From NCBI GenBank assembly GCA_026770705.1, contig JANJGN010000021.1, forward strand, positions 104,904,001 to 104,968,000: 64,000 bases of DNA. The letters run 5' to 3'. Under the pieces are notes generated by a model. It saw only the letters and a list, made by a program, of their open reading frames with translations, did not search any database and was not told where the DNA came from. Shown in pieces: positions 11,706 through 25,394 of the stretch (its first letter is position 1; each line of letters begins with the position of its first letter). The translations under genes and the position numbers were made by a program. This DNA comes from Isurus oxyrinchus (taxonomy: Eukaryota).

Positions 11706-14700
11706 TAGTTACAAGGTTCTTGCAAGCTGTGTGGATGAGAGCAGGGACTGCAAGGAGGATGAGCGAACTGACCACTTTAGCATGGTACAGGGAGCCATAC
11801 AAGTAGGGAGAGGAAATGGGAGCGTGCTAGCAGTAGGGGACAGTAGAATTATGGCGATAGATACTGTTCTCTGCTGTGAGTGTGATTCCTGAAAGCTTTG
11901 TTGCCTGCCCAGTGCCAGGGTTAAGGACATCTCCTCAGGCCTGGAGAAGAACTTGCAGTGGGAGGGGAGGGATCCAGTTGTCATTCATGGTGGTGTGAAC
12001 GACATTGATAGGACTAGAAAGGAGGCTCCGCTGAAATAATTTGAACAGTTAGGATCTAAATGAAAAAGCAGAAGCTCCAAGGTAATAATCTTGGGATTGC
12101 TTTCTGAGCCACGGGCAAACTGGCAGAGGGTTAAAAAAAAAGTCAAGGAGTTAAATGTGTGACTCAGAGATTGGTGTGGGAGGAATGTGTTTCAGTTCAT
12201 GGGGTACAGGCATCAGTACTAGTGTAGAAAGGAGCTATTCCATTGGGATGGGTTTCACTTAAACCGTGCTGAGGCAAGTGTCCTGGCAAATAGAATAACT
12301 AGGGATGTAGAGAGGGTGTTAAACTAAATGGGAGGTAGAGGGTGGGCTGTAGGGGTGGGGGGGGGGGGGGGGGAGGGGCTGGTGGGTGATGAGGGTCATG
12401 GAAGGGGGATACGTAGATGTATGACACAAAAAGGATATGGCAGCCTTGCAGGGCAGCTATTCAGGTAATGATAGCCAGAGTGTGACAGGAAGGGGCAGAG
12501 AGTACAAACAGCAAATAGGCTCAAAGGGGGAAAATAGTAAAAAGGCAAAATTAATGGTCCTTTACTTAAATGCACGCAGCATTCGGAACAAAATAAGTGA
12601 ATTAACGGTACAAATAGGTGTTAATGGGTTTGATCTTATAGCCATTATGGAGACGTGGTTACAAGGAGATCTAAGCTGGGAACTAAATATTCAGGGCTAT
12701 TTGACTTTTCAGAAGGCCAAGAAGGAAGTAAAGGGTGGTGGGGTAGCTTTGTTAGTATGGGATGGAATATGTACGATAGCAAGAAAGTATCTTGGATTGG
12801 AAGATGTAGAATCCATGTGGGTGGAGGTAAGAAATAACAAGTGGAAGAAGACACTGGTGGGAGTAGTCTATAGGACTCCTGACAGTAGCTACACCGTAGG
12901 ACAGAGAATAAATCATGAGATAATGAGGGCATCTAAAAATGCAGTACATTAATCATGGGTGACTTTACTCTCATGTAGATTGGGAAAATCAAATTGGCAG
13001 AGGTAGACACGAGCAAGAATTGATGGAGTGTATTTGGGACAGTTTCTTAGAACAATATGTTGTGGATCCAATCAGGTATCAGGTTGTTTTGGATCTGGTA
13101 ATTTGCAAAGACTCAGATCTAATAAATGACCTAAGAGTAAGGAGCCCCTAGGAAACAATGAGCATAATATGGTAGAATTTAGCATTCAGTTTGAGAATGA
13201 AAAACTTGGTTTGGAAATAACTGTGCTAAACATAAATAAGGGTAATTACAATGGAATTAGGGAAGAATTGGATGGAGTGGACAGGGAAAGCAGTTTAGCA
13301 GAAAGGACAGTTGATGAACAATGGCAGACATTTAAGAAAATAATTCATGACTCTTAACAAAGATATATCCCAGTGAAGAAGAAGGATTCAAGGAAGGGGA
13401 TAAACCAACCATGGTTAACCAAGGAAGTTAAGGACAGTATCAAATTGAAAGGAAAAATACAATGTGGTAAAGATTAGTGGGAAGCCAGAGGATTGGGAAA
13501 TTTTAAAAAACCAACAAAAGATGAGCAAAAAAAAGGGAGAAAATAAACTTTGATGGTAAACCATCAAGTAATATAGAAATGGACAGTAATAGCTTCTTTA
13601 AATATATAACAAGAAAGAGAAAGGCTAAAGTGAACATAGGCCCTTTAGAGAATGAGGCTGGGGAAATAATAATGGGGAACGAGGAAATTGCAGAGGAGTT
13701 GAATAAATACTTTGCTTCAGTCTTCATGGTAGAATATATTAATATCATTCCACAAATAGTAAATAATCAAGGAGCAAAAGGGGTGGGGGGAGGAAATGAA
13801 TACAATAACTAGCACTAGAGGAATAGTGCCAGGGAAACTAATGGGGCTAAAGCTCGATACATCCATTGGAACTGATGGGTTGCATCCAAGGATATTATAG
13901 GAAGTAGCTGCAGAGACAAGGCATGCACTGGTCATAATCTTCCAAGAATCCTTAGATTCTGGAACACCCCAGAGGATTGGGAAACTGCCAGCATAACAAC
14001 CTTATTTAAAAAGAGAGGGAGACAAAAAAACAGGTAGCTATAGGCCAATTAGCTTTACATCTGTCATTGGGAAGTGTTCGAGTCTATTGTATAGGATGTG
14101 ATAGCAGAGCATTTAGAAACACATAATCCAATCAAGCAGAGTCAGCATGGCTTCATGAAGGGAGAATCATACCTAAAGATTTATTAGAATTCTTTGAGGA
14201 GGTAACAAGCAGGGTAGATAAAGGGGAATCAGTGGATGTAATATATTTGGATTTCTAAAAAGCATTTGATATGGCACCGCACATAAAGCTACTTAATAAG
14301 ATAACAGCTCATGGTGCTGGGGGGGAGTATATTAGCATGGATAGAAGATTGCCTAACTAATAGGAAATAGAGAGTTGGCATAAGGGGCGCATTTTCCGGA
14401 TGACAACCTTTAACTAGAGTGGTGCCACAGTGATCAGTGCTGAGGCTTCAATTATTTACAATACATATTAATGACTTAGATGAGGGAAGTGAATGTACTA
14501 TCACCAAATTTGTGGATGACACAAAAATAGGTGGGAAGGCAAATGGTATGGATGACACAAGGAGTCTACAGAAGGATGTAGGTTAAGTGAGTGCACAAAA
14601 AACTTGGCTGATGGACAATGTGGGAAAATGTGAGGTGATGCTCTTTGGCAGGAAGAATAGAGGAGCTGAATATTATTTAAATGGAGAAAGACTGCAGAAT

Positions 14701-15418
14701 GCTGCAGCACAGAGGGATTTGGGAGTCCTTGTGCATTAATTCCAAAAAGCTAACATACAAGTTCAGCAGGTAATAGGTAAGGCAAATAGAATGTTGGTCT
14801 TTACTTCAAAGGGAATGGAATATGAAAATTGGGTAGTCTTGCTAAATCTATACAATGCACTAGTTAGACCACACCTAGAATACTGTGAACAATTTTGGTC
14901 CCCTTAACTAAAGAAAGATATATTGGCATTGGAGGCAGTCCAGAGAGCGTTCATTCAGTTGATCCCGTGTATGTAGGGATTTTCTTATGAGGAAAGGTTG
15001 AGTAGGTTGGGCCTATACTCATTGGCATTTATTAGAATGAAAGGTGACCTATTAAAACATATAAGATTCTTAGGGGGCTTGACAGAGTAGATGCTGAGAG
15101 GGTGTTTCCCCTTTTGGGAGAGGCTAAGACCAAAGGCCATTATCTCAGAGTAAGGGGTCGCCCATTTAAGACAGACATGAGGAGGAATTTTTCTCTCTCA
15201 GAGGGTGTGAATCTGTGGAATTCTTTACCACAGAGAGCTGTAGAGGCTGGGTGGTTAAGTATATTCAAGGCTGAGATAGACAGATATTTTAATCAGTAAG
15301 GGAATCAAGGGTTATGGGAAAAGGCAGGAAAGTGAAGTTGTGGATTATCAGATCAGCCATGATCTCATTGAATGGCGGAGCAGACTCGATGCTCCTATGT
15401 CTTATGATGTTATGGCCG
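11706..15418 (+). mobile_element. Near full-length CR1 LINE (ORF1 SGNH esterase, ORF2 APE-RT), degenerate
   Basis: ORF1 VLAVGDS...CLPSARVKDI; ORF2 YLNARSIRNK, IAIMETWL, VGVVYR; RT motifs; 3' tail. ATGGA is a possible TSD. Many stops and frameshifts. Confidence 0.92.
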
Positions 15419-16844
15419 TATGGACTGTGTACTTTCTGTGAACATTAGAGTAGGAAATTTCTGCACATTGTGTTATCCTTACGAAGCTGTTTATATCTGT
15501 AAAGGCATAGTTGTGGATGAAGGAGTATTGTAAAATAGTTAATGTTTCTTGTTTAACAAAGGTTTTATTATTTTGTTAAAGCGTCATCAGCTGACACCGG
15601 CAACTCTTCAGTAGCTACCCTCCACGTAACATCAGCTGGGATCATAACAATAATGATATAATAATATAACAATATACAATGATCTCATTAAACTGTAGAA
15701 CAGGCTAGAGGATCTGAAATATCTACCCTTTTTCCTCTGTTCCCTCTGATACACAATATCAAACTGTTTACTCCTAATTACACCGAACTCTACGTCCACT
15801 TACATAAGTGGCTATTGACATTGAATCTGGGATAGTATCAAGCACAAAACTGAAGGATTTGTCACACACACTTAATGGAAAACTTTGGTCAGCAATTTAC
15901 GGAGATTAAGTACTTTAATATTCATAAGAAACTGAAAGCAGTTAACCATAAGTCGCATATTTACATTTTTAGGCAACACATTGATTGCTACCTGTTATCA
16001 ACAATGTAACTGCATTGGGGAAGATTATTTGGATCCAATCCCTAGGAAGACAGCAAACGTATTTTCAATAACCTGCTCATGAATTCACCAGAAATACTCA
16101 CGTAATGAAATTTTCACCCATTTATTGAAACATCCCCTACAAGCAATGACCCAGAAGGCCTTTTTCCCACCTTGTGCTGTTTTCCAAAGCTGGTAAAAGA
16201 TACAGTTTGATCACGAGAATGAAGATCTGATTATCAAGAGTATTCGAAGAGACACACCGACTCTGCAGACTGGTTAATTGGAACATTGGTGTCTTCCACA
16301 ACTGGGAAATTAGGAACAACTTTACACACATTCATAGTTAACATGTTGAAAATGTTTAATCATTAGCAGGGTAATAGAGAACAAGGTAGTTGGTGTGCTA
16401 GATATGCTTTAAAATTGCTTAGTACGAGGCTGGGCTAATGGAGGATCAGGATGTTGATGTCTTTCAAGTTTCTTCCCACAGCTTCATCTGATGGTGGCGT
16501 ACTCGACATGACATGTCTCACAGTTCATTGCCTTCTTCTTCCTCTCTTGTTTTATGTTCACTTTGGCGTAATGCAGGGAGACATCCTCATCACTGCTGAA
16601 TTTAGACTGTGCCTAATAATTATCGCAATCAGATAAAAATAGATTTAATTCCCAGTGCAGGTAAATGCAGCCACATCCAATTGCATGTTTGTAGCGTCCT
16701 TAAGGAAGAAAAACTTTAAAAGGAACTTTAAAAAAAACATGCAGAGACAAGTTTGCATGTTGGAGAAACAGTTAAAATCACCAGGATTGGCCGAAGTTGT
16801 TTGTGGATGAGTAGAACCCTGAGTGGCATACATGTTGAAGGAGA

Positions 16845-19760
16845 ATCATAGAATGTTTGCAACACAGATGGGAGTTATTTGGCTCATTGTGTCCATATCG
16901 GATCTCTACAAGAGCAACTCAACCAGTAACACTCCTCTTTTGCTCTAGCCCTGCAAACATTTTCTCTGCAGAGAATTGTCCAATCTCCCTGTTCAAGGCA
17001 CGATTGAATTGGCCTCCACCTCACGGTCAGTCAGTGCCTTCCCGAAATTGGTTTCCTCTGGTTGTCGGGGGACAATGGGGACAGCTTCTCCCTATCCACT
17101 GTGACCAGATCACTCATGATTCTCGGTGCCACTATCAAATTTCCTGTCAATCTTGTTCTCTATAAGGGGATCAGCAGTTTCTCCAATCTCTCGTTGTAAA
17201 TGAAACCTCCATTCCTGGAAACAATCCCGTAAATCTTTTCTGCACCCCCGCCCCCCCCCCTAATGCTTTCACATCCTTCTGAAAGTGCGGTGCCTCGAAT
17301 TAGACACAATACTGTAGTTGAGGCCGAACCCATGTTTCACAAATGTTCACAATCACCTCCTTACTTTTGTACTCAATATCTCTATTTATAAACCCCAGAA
17401 TCCTGTATGCCTTATTAACCCTTTGCTCAACCTCCCCTGCCATATTCAAGTATTTGTGCAAAAGGGCAATTAATGATGGACAATTCCCACGTCCCGTGAA
17501 AGAATAAAGGGAAACATATACCACAGGTCACCCTGCTCCAGCACCCCAGTTGAAATTGTATGATTTATTTTGCATTCTCTCTCCTTTTTCCTCCTCCCTA
17601 AATATATCTTTAGTGCTTAACTGCACTAAATTTTATAGGTCACATTTGTGCCTATTCCACCAACTCATCTCCCCCTGAAGTTCAAATCTAATCTCATTAC
17701 AGTTCACAATATTTCCAAGTGTGGTGTCGCCTGCAAAGTATGAAATTGTGCCCAGCACACCCAAGTCTGGGTCGTTAATATAGATCAGGACAAGCAGGGG
17801 TCCTCACACTGATCCCTGGGGAACCCCACGATATAACTTCTTCCAGTCTGAAAAAAAGAACAGTTGACTATTCTTTTCTGTTTCCTGTCACTTGTATGCT
17901 GCCATGTTCCTCCTGCTCCATAGCCTTCAGTTTTGCTGACAAGCCTCTTAGGTGGTAGTTTATCAAACATCTTTAGGAAGCCTCTGTGCAGATCAATAAC
18001 TGCTTAAGCCCCATCAATGATCGCTGTTAACTCATTAAAAAAACTCAATAAGGTTAGTTAAAAGCGTTTTGCCCTGAACAGAACCATGTTGACTTATCTG
18101 AATTAATCAACATTTATCCAAATGACTGAAATTTGCCTCGGATTGTTGTTTGCAAGAGCTTATCCACCACTGAGGTTAAGCTGATTGATCTGTAGTAACT
18201 GGGGTTATCCTTGCCCACTCCCCGCCACTCCCCCGCACCCCCGCCACCCCATTTAATAAGGGTGTAACATTTGCAATTCTCCGGTCAGCTGACACCGCCC
18301 AATTATTGGTCGCTCCACAATTTCTACCCTTACTTCCTTCAGCATCCTCTAATGCACGTGACCCAGTCCCGGTGTCTTATCAACTTTAAGTACAGTCAGA
18401 CTTTCTAATGCCTTCACTTTATCAGTATTTATTCAATCCAGTTCTGAACTACCTTGTGTTTCACTATGACTTTCTCAGCGTTTTCTTCCATGGTGAAGAC
18501 AGGGGCAAAGTATTAATTTAGCATGTCAGCCATGCCGTCTGTCTCTACAGTAAACCTTCTTAGTCCCTAATCGGCCCACTCCTCCTATTACCACCGTTTT
18601 ATAATTTATATGCCTATAGAAAACGTTTGGTTTTCTTTTAAGTCAGCTGCCAGGTTATTTTTATTATACTCTCTCTTTGCTGCCGTTAGTCTTTTCACTT
18701 CCCCTCTGAAACTTCAACGTTTAACCTTGTTCTCACTTCTATTCTTCGGCTTCTGCTTACTCTTGCTCTCGTTCGTCATCTAGGGAACTCTGGCTTTCTT
18801 AAGCCTACCTTTCCCCCTCGTGGAAATGAATCTTGACTGTTACCAAACCATATCCTCTTTACAGGCAGCGCATTGTCCCGTTACGGATTTGGTTGCCAGT
18901 CCAATTTACCAGGGCCAGATTCTCACTCTATTGAAATTGGTCGTCCTTCAATTGCTCTTTGTTCTATCCTGGATTGCCCCTTAACACCCCCCATTGATAG
19001 ACTAAGAATTATGGAGCTATGGCCACTATCATTTAAATGTTCGCCAACTGAGACTTAATTGTTTGATCTACCTTATTTCCTAGAATCAGATACAGCAATG
19101 CCTTGGTCCTCATTAGACCGGAAACATGCTGATCTCGAACAATTTCCTGAACACACTTCAAACGCTCTTTCCCTCCCTGACGTTACACTAGTTCTATTCC
19201 AGCCTATATTAGGGTGAGTAAAACTCGCCATTATAACTACTGTATAGAATTGCACATCTCTCTACTTTCCTTTACATCTTTTCTATTACTCGGAAGCCTA
19301 TAGAATACACCCAGTAGAGCAATAGCATTCCCATTGCTTCTTATCCCTAACCAAATAGGTTATGCCCTTGACATTTTTACGACATTCTCTCTCTCCAGCA
19401 TTGTAATATTCTCTTCAATCAATACTGCCATTCCTCCTCCTTCGTTGTTTCCCTAATTTTCCTGAAAGCCATGTATCCAGGAACATCTGGTATCCAGTGC
19501 TTTCATCTTTGAGCTTGGTCTCCTTTATCACCACAGCATCATATTCCTATTTGGCTATCTCCACCTGCAGTTCACCAACATTATTTACCATACTTCGTGC
19601 ATTCACACACAAGCACAGTGAACCTAAGTTAGACCAGATTGCATACCCTCTCCTTCTGACCCCGCTTAATGTTTTACCATTTCTTATTCTAGTGTTACCT
19701 GTCTTTCCCAATTCTTTGAGCACTTTATATTTCCTCTGTGATGTTAAATCTTGGTGACCA
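16845..19760 (-). mobile_element. Old degenerate CR1 LINE
   Basis: Remnants such as KAYRILGFINRDIEYKSKEV...VRPQLQYCV and FDKLPPKRL, with endonuclease-region remnants toward 19500. Confidence 0.8.
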
Positions 19761-20349
19761 TCCTCCCCTCCACCCCCACCTCCACCCCCACCTCCACCCC
19801 CATTGCTCCCGCCAAGTTAGTTTCAACCCTTCTTAACCATTCTAACAAACTCTCACAGAAGGTTGTGGCCAGAAAGAGCAGCTGTTCCTCGACATGTCCT
19901 GGTTAAATTAAATGACTATAGGTGAGCCAAGTGAGAATACATCCACCGAGCTGAACAATAGAGAGGAAATACTGGAGGACACATAATGTGACAGACGTGT
20001 AAAAACTTACAGGGATGATAAAAAAAATGCATTATATTCATAGTGGCATTTGGGTCAGAGTTGTTTTCTTTGTAGCAGAGGCCAGACCTAATTTGAGGGG
20101 TGATGGGCTCAGACCCGGGAGGCGATAGCACGTTATGGGCCTGAATGAGGGAAGGAAGTTTGAAGATTGAACATTCGATCCAAAGGATAACGATGTCAAA
20201 GATACACTGCAACAACTCGCTGAGGCTTCTTTCTCAGCCCCTCCTAATACTGTGCCCTCTATCACTTAGAAGAAGGATAGCAACACGCACAGAAACACCA
20301 CCCTCCTCAAGCATGCCTCCAAGCTTATTAACTGAAAGGTGCAAGTCCA

Positions 20350-22070
20350 GGCGGGATAGAGGAACAAAGGGCGTCCGAAGGTATCAATCACTAAAGGTTG
20401 CACAGCAGACAAGGAAGGTCATTAAAAAAAAACAAACGGAGAAGGTAGATTTGAAAAGTAGAGAAGTGATGTGAAACCTGCATCGAACCATAATTAGTCC
20501 ACACTTAGAGGACAGTGTACAGTCTGTCTGGTCGCAATATTATAAAAAGGAAACAGAGGAAGTGGAGAGGGTGCAGGGAATATTTACAGGGATGATACAA
20601 GAAATGTGTGGAAATATAGATATCAGGAAAGCATTGGCAGGCTGGGTCTCTTTCCTCTGGAGAAAGACCTAATAGAGGTCTTTAAAATCATGAAAGATGT
20701 TGATAGAATGGACACAGAGAGAACAAAAGTAAAATATGAACATATGGATTATGAGCAGGAGTAGGCCATTTGGCCCTTGAGCCTGCTCCACCATTCAATC
20801 AGATCATGGCTGATCTGATCTGATTGTGCTCTCAACGCCACCATCCCACCTACTACAATGCACTTTGATTCCCTTGTTAGTCAAGAAACTGTCTATCACT
20901 GCTGTACAAATATTCAATGACCCTGCCTCAATCACTTTGGGGAAGGATATTCCACAGGCTCACAACCCTCTGAGAGAAAACATTTCTCCTCATCTCCGTT
21001 TTAAATGAGAAACCCCTTATTTTGAACCATGTCTGCATTCTAACCTCTCCCGAATGAGAAACATCCTTTCAGAATTCACCTTGTGAAGCACCCTCAAGAT
21101 TTTCTATGTTTCAATAAGATCACCTCTCAATCTTCTAAACTCCAATGGATACAGGTCAGCTTGTCTAATAATTCTTCATAGGATAACCACCTCATCCAAG
21201 GAATCAGTCGAGTGAACTTTCTCTGATCTGTTTCTAATGCAATTACGTCCTTTTTTAAATAAGGAAGTCAAAACTGTACAGAATACTCTCAATGTGGCCT
21301 CACAAATGTTCTGTACAACTGTAGCAAAATATCCCTACTTTTATATATACAGATCCCCTTGGAATAAATGACAACATTCCATTTACCTTCCTAATCACTT
21401 TCTGTATCCGCATTCTCACTTATTGATTTTTTTGATTCATTTCCAAGGACACGGACCTCAGAATTTTACCTTAGCCAATCCAATTTACCTGGGCCAGATC
21501 CGTTCTCACTCTATTGAAATTGGTCGTACTTCAATTGCTTTTTGTTCTATCCTGGATTGCCCCTTAACACCCCCTATTGATAGACTAAGAATTATGGAGC
21601 TATGGCCACTATCATTTAAATGTTCGCCAACTGAGACTTAATTGTTTGATCTACCCTATTTCCTAGAACCAGATACAGCAAGCCTTGGTCCTCATTAGAC
21701 CAGAAACATGCTGATCTCGAACAATTTCCTGAACACACTTCAGACAATCTTCCCCTCCCTGACGTTACACTTCCTCTCGTGGGAAGAGCAGATATAAGGC
21801 ATTAATACATAATAGTCACCACGAAATCCAATAGGAGTCTCAGAAGGAATTTCTTTACCCAAAGGGTGCTGTGAATATGGAACTTGCTACCACAGCGAGT
21901 GGTTAAAGGTAATGACAAATGCCTTTAAAAGGAAGTTAGATAAGCATACGAGGGAGAAGGGAATAGAGGATTACAGTGATAGAATTAGATGAGGAAAGAT
22001 GGGAGGAGGCTTGAGTGGAGCACAAGCGGTGGGCTGAATGGCCTGTTTCTATGCCATATATTTTATGTAA
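20350..22070 (+). mobile_element. CR1 3' fragment split by a composite insertion (minus-strand CR1 tail ~20735-21470 plus copied local DNA 21473-21770)
   Basis: The plus-strand CR1 stops at ...acagagagaac (~20733) and resumes at tcctctcgtggg (21771). Confidence 0.7.
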
Positions 22071-22084
22071 TCATGTGTGCGCAT

Positions 22085-22410
22085 TATTTTTTTTTTTAGT
22101 CATTAATGGGATGTGGGTGTCACTGGCTAGCATTTATTGCCCATCCCTAATTGCCTTTGTTCAGAGGGAGTATAAGAGCCAACCACATTTCTGTGGGTCT
22201 GGAGTCACATGTAGGCCAGACCAGGTAAGGACTGCAGATTTCCTCCCATAAAGGACATTAAAAAACCAGATGGGTTTTTATAACAATCAACAATGGTTTC
22301 ATGGGCATCATTAGACTTTTAAAGACTTGTAAAAATTGAATTAGGATTCCAACATCTACCGTGGCATTACCTTGGGGTCTCTCGTCCAGCGATAATAGCA
22401 CTAAGCCATT
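22085..22410 (-). mobile_element. tRNA-derived SINE sharing its 3' tail with the second LINE family
   Basis: Same family as 45983-46345(+), ~56105-56430(-) and ~56980-57190(-); tail gggatgggcaataaatgctgg...cccacatccc. Confidence 0.8.
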
Positions 22411-23655
22411 GCCTCCCTTTAGAAATATATAACCATTACTTCAGCATTGCTGGGCCCAAATCATAGAACTCCATCTCTATGAGCACTCTTGGAAGATCTT
22501 TGCACAGGTTGCTGCTTTTCAGGAATGCTCAGTACCACTTTTCTCAAGAGCAATTAGGAGTGTGCAATAAATACTAGTCTTGTCAGTAATGCCCACATCC
22601 AGTGAATGAATAAATTAATAAAACATAGGATATTGAGATGGGAAGCGACTTTGAAAGACAGGCTAAAGTGCCTGTGTAAATAGAACCATTCACATATTGG
22701 CTAAAATGAATGCCAGGAATGGAAGTGGGATGACCAGGAGTGGGAATGTAGGTCAAGAGATCAAGAAGAAGGCCTCTTGGATGAAATGAATTTGGAAGGA
22801 ATGTGGGGAAATGGGCAGAACCTAATCCGAGGGCAGGTTTCAGGGAAACCATGGAGACAGGACTGGGGAAGATTTGACTTCATAGACAAGGGGAAGATGG
22901 AGGCAACCTGACAGCTGAGCAAATGGTCTCTATTCTCGGGAGAAGAAATTCCTCAAGTGTGTTCTTAAGGATAGAATGTAGCTGGTGGGGAAAGTTGGTT
23001 ATACTTGTAGAGAAAAGAAAACTGGAGTTATTATTGCCTTCCTGAATGATCTTAGAGTAATGGGTGGTTTCTGCAGAAGAAAGCAGAACCTTTGAGAGTT
23101 TAATCTGACAAGTCACATCTGACAATAATTAACTAATCCGGTTGTGTGCCTTGTGCCTGCTTGAACTTAAAGAAGTGAAGATATGGACTACACCAGATAA
23201 ACTGGAATGAGAAATTGTTAAGTTTTCATTGGGTAGAAAAGCACAAATGTAAATTGCCTTTTAGTTTGAATTAGTGTTTCATGGAGTTACCAAATTGGAA
23301 ACACTGCTAAAGTATTATCAGTAAAATTGCTTGTGATAAGAAGAGAAGATATGTTTTCGTACACCAACACAAATGATACATGTAACGTTCATGTTCATCA
23401 GTTTGACAAAAGTTAATTCTATCCAATAGAACAGATTGCCACAATAGCAATCCATTGTATGATCCAATATTTCCGGGTCTGCTACAGTATAATGTCCTGC
23501 AATGTGAATTTTCCTCTACTCTGCCTGAATATCATCCTGACACACAAAGTTCTGAAAAAGGACCCTGACTGTCGAAGTCTACTTTTCTAAGCTCTCAATT
23601 TATGAACCCTGTGACTGAACCAATTCAATACCGCATTGTACATTTTTCGGGCGAT

Positions 23656-23696
23656 TTAGATGTTCTGTGTGAATGTCTCTTGGGAAGTTATGAACC
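23656..23696 (-). CDS. NCR3: NCR3-like terminal coding exon (RFITSQETFTQNI*)
   Basis: Strong acceptor ctctctattttcactttcag|GGTTC, with TAA at 23656-23658 in the carried frame. No poly(A) signal identified with confidence. Confidence 0.52.
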
Positions 23697-24029
23697 CTGA
23701 AAGTGAAAATAGAGAGGAGCCTTTCAGCCCATCAGTATGGGTGAGAAATGATGCAGGGCATAACGTGAACACGTCACGCCTCCTTAAGCACCATTATTTA
23801 TCGTGATCATGCCTGGTTTCATTTTGCCGGATTGTATCAGCACTTCCCTCATTTTGCTAAACAAAGGTAACAGGGGAAAAACTTCACATGCATGTTTAGC
23901 ATATTGGAAACAGGTAGAGAAGTGAGCAAATCCATTGCTGGAGATAACTCTTGGCAAATTATTGAAACCGTTTATCAGAACCACCTAGCATTGCACATAT
24001 CACACATCTCATTCTCCAATTGCTCTTAC

Positions 24030-24058
24030 TTGTGTCGTTGGCTGTAGATTGGCTGTTG
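24030..24058 (-). CDS. NCR3: NCR3-like cytoplasmic micro-exon 2 (29 nt, NSQSTANDT)
   Basis: Acceptor tcttctactcccacag and donor CAA|gtaaga; open in the frame carried from the previous exon. Confidence 0.58.
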
Positions 24059-24099
24059 CTGTGGGAGTAGAAGACAGTGATGTGTCAGAGTCATACAAT

Positions 24100-24180
24100 G
24101 CCATACACATGAACACACAGACAGAGGCAGACACACGCATACACACACTCACACAGAAACACACACACACAAAGACACAC
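24100..24180. repeat. Imperfect (CA)n microsatellite in an NCR3-like intron
   Basis: acacacag/acacacac arrays. Confidence 0.8.
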
Positions 24181-24429
24181 AATATGAGATCAAATTAAAT
24201 TGAAGAAAAAAATTGTAAATGTATTTTTATACTTAGTTTGTTTTTAATTAGCCAGGAATAAAAATTAATGCTTACAACATCAAATGAAGGCAATTACTGG
24301 TCACGTACCATGTTTTGTATTGGTTTCACTGTGATGTCTGTAATAAGCAAAATTAAAATTGAATTTAAAGTTCAGCACATTACGTTCTGAATAATCACCA
24401 ATTTGATAAGGTTTGACATTTTCATGTAC

Positions 24430-24448
24430 CTTTTCAGTCTCCGGATAA
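24430..24448 (-). CDS. NCR3: NCR3-like cytoplasmic micro-exon 1 (19 nt, VIRRLKS)
   Basis: Strong acceptor tatttttctttcag and donor AAG|gtacat. In frame after the TM exon it supplies a basic stop-transfer cluster, RRLK. Confidence 0.62.
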
Positions 24449-25394
24449 CTGAAAGAAAAATAATGTAGACATTAATAAAATTGTTTGACGTTAATAACTT
24501 GGTGAATCTTTTTCTCATGAAAAGATCGCAAAATTGATCTTTGACAGGCACACACGGATAGATAGGACTCTGAGTCTGGTGACTATATGCACCAGTGGCA
24601 TAGTGAGTACATGGATATTTTCTCCTTCAAGTAATGGGTTGAGGAACTTCAGTTAGGTAGATAGATCGAGAAGTTGGAACTGTTATTCTTGGAGTAGAGG
24701 ATGTTGAGAGGAGATTTGATGGAAGTATTCAAAATCACGAGGGACCTGGCAAGAGTAGATAGGGAAAAAACATGTTCCCATTGATGGAAAGACCGAGAAC
24801 AAGCACAGGTTATCGGGGTGGTAGGCTGGAATGTAGACTTGAGCTCCCAATCAGATTAACCATGATCTTATTGAATTTTGGAGCTGGCTCAAGCGGCTGA
24901 ATGGACTACTCCTTCTCCCAATTCGTATGTCCGCCCAGAGTGAAGGTGAGTGGCCAAAGAAACAATGGCAACGATTTTTACACAGCGAGGGGTTAGGATC
25001 TGGAATGTTCTGCCTGAGTGTGGTGGAGGCAGGTTCAGTCAAAGCTTTCAAGATTGAATTGATTTATTATCTGAGAAAGGGAGAATGTGCACGGCTATGG
25101 GGAGAAGGCCAGGGAGTGGCTCTAGGTAAGTTGCTCCTACGGAGGGACAGCACAGAAACGATGGGTTGAATGGCCTCTTTCTGTGCTCTAACAATTTGGT
25201 GATTCGCAAATGAAATCCTAAGTTTTAAAACAATTGTTCATACTAATCAGGTTTCCGATTGCACTAGAGATGCTGACAAGCTCCACAGAAGCACGAACCA
25301 GGTTGCTTCTCCTAGTGGCCAGAGCAATTGCTCCGTACTATGGCGAAAGTGTAAAAGTTAAACGGGTACCAGAGCGTTTGATATAGATACACAC

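Larger units (their letters stand above)
10496..15649. mobile_element. Solo LTR interrupted by a short SINE and a CR1 LINE
   Basis: TGTTA...TAACA inverted termini flanked by a 4-bp direct repeat ATAA (10492-10495 and 15650-15653). The LTR sequence resumes after the CR1 at ~15420. Confidence 0.65.
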
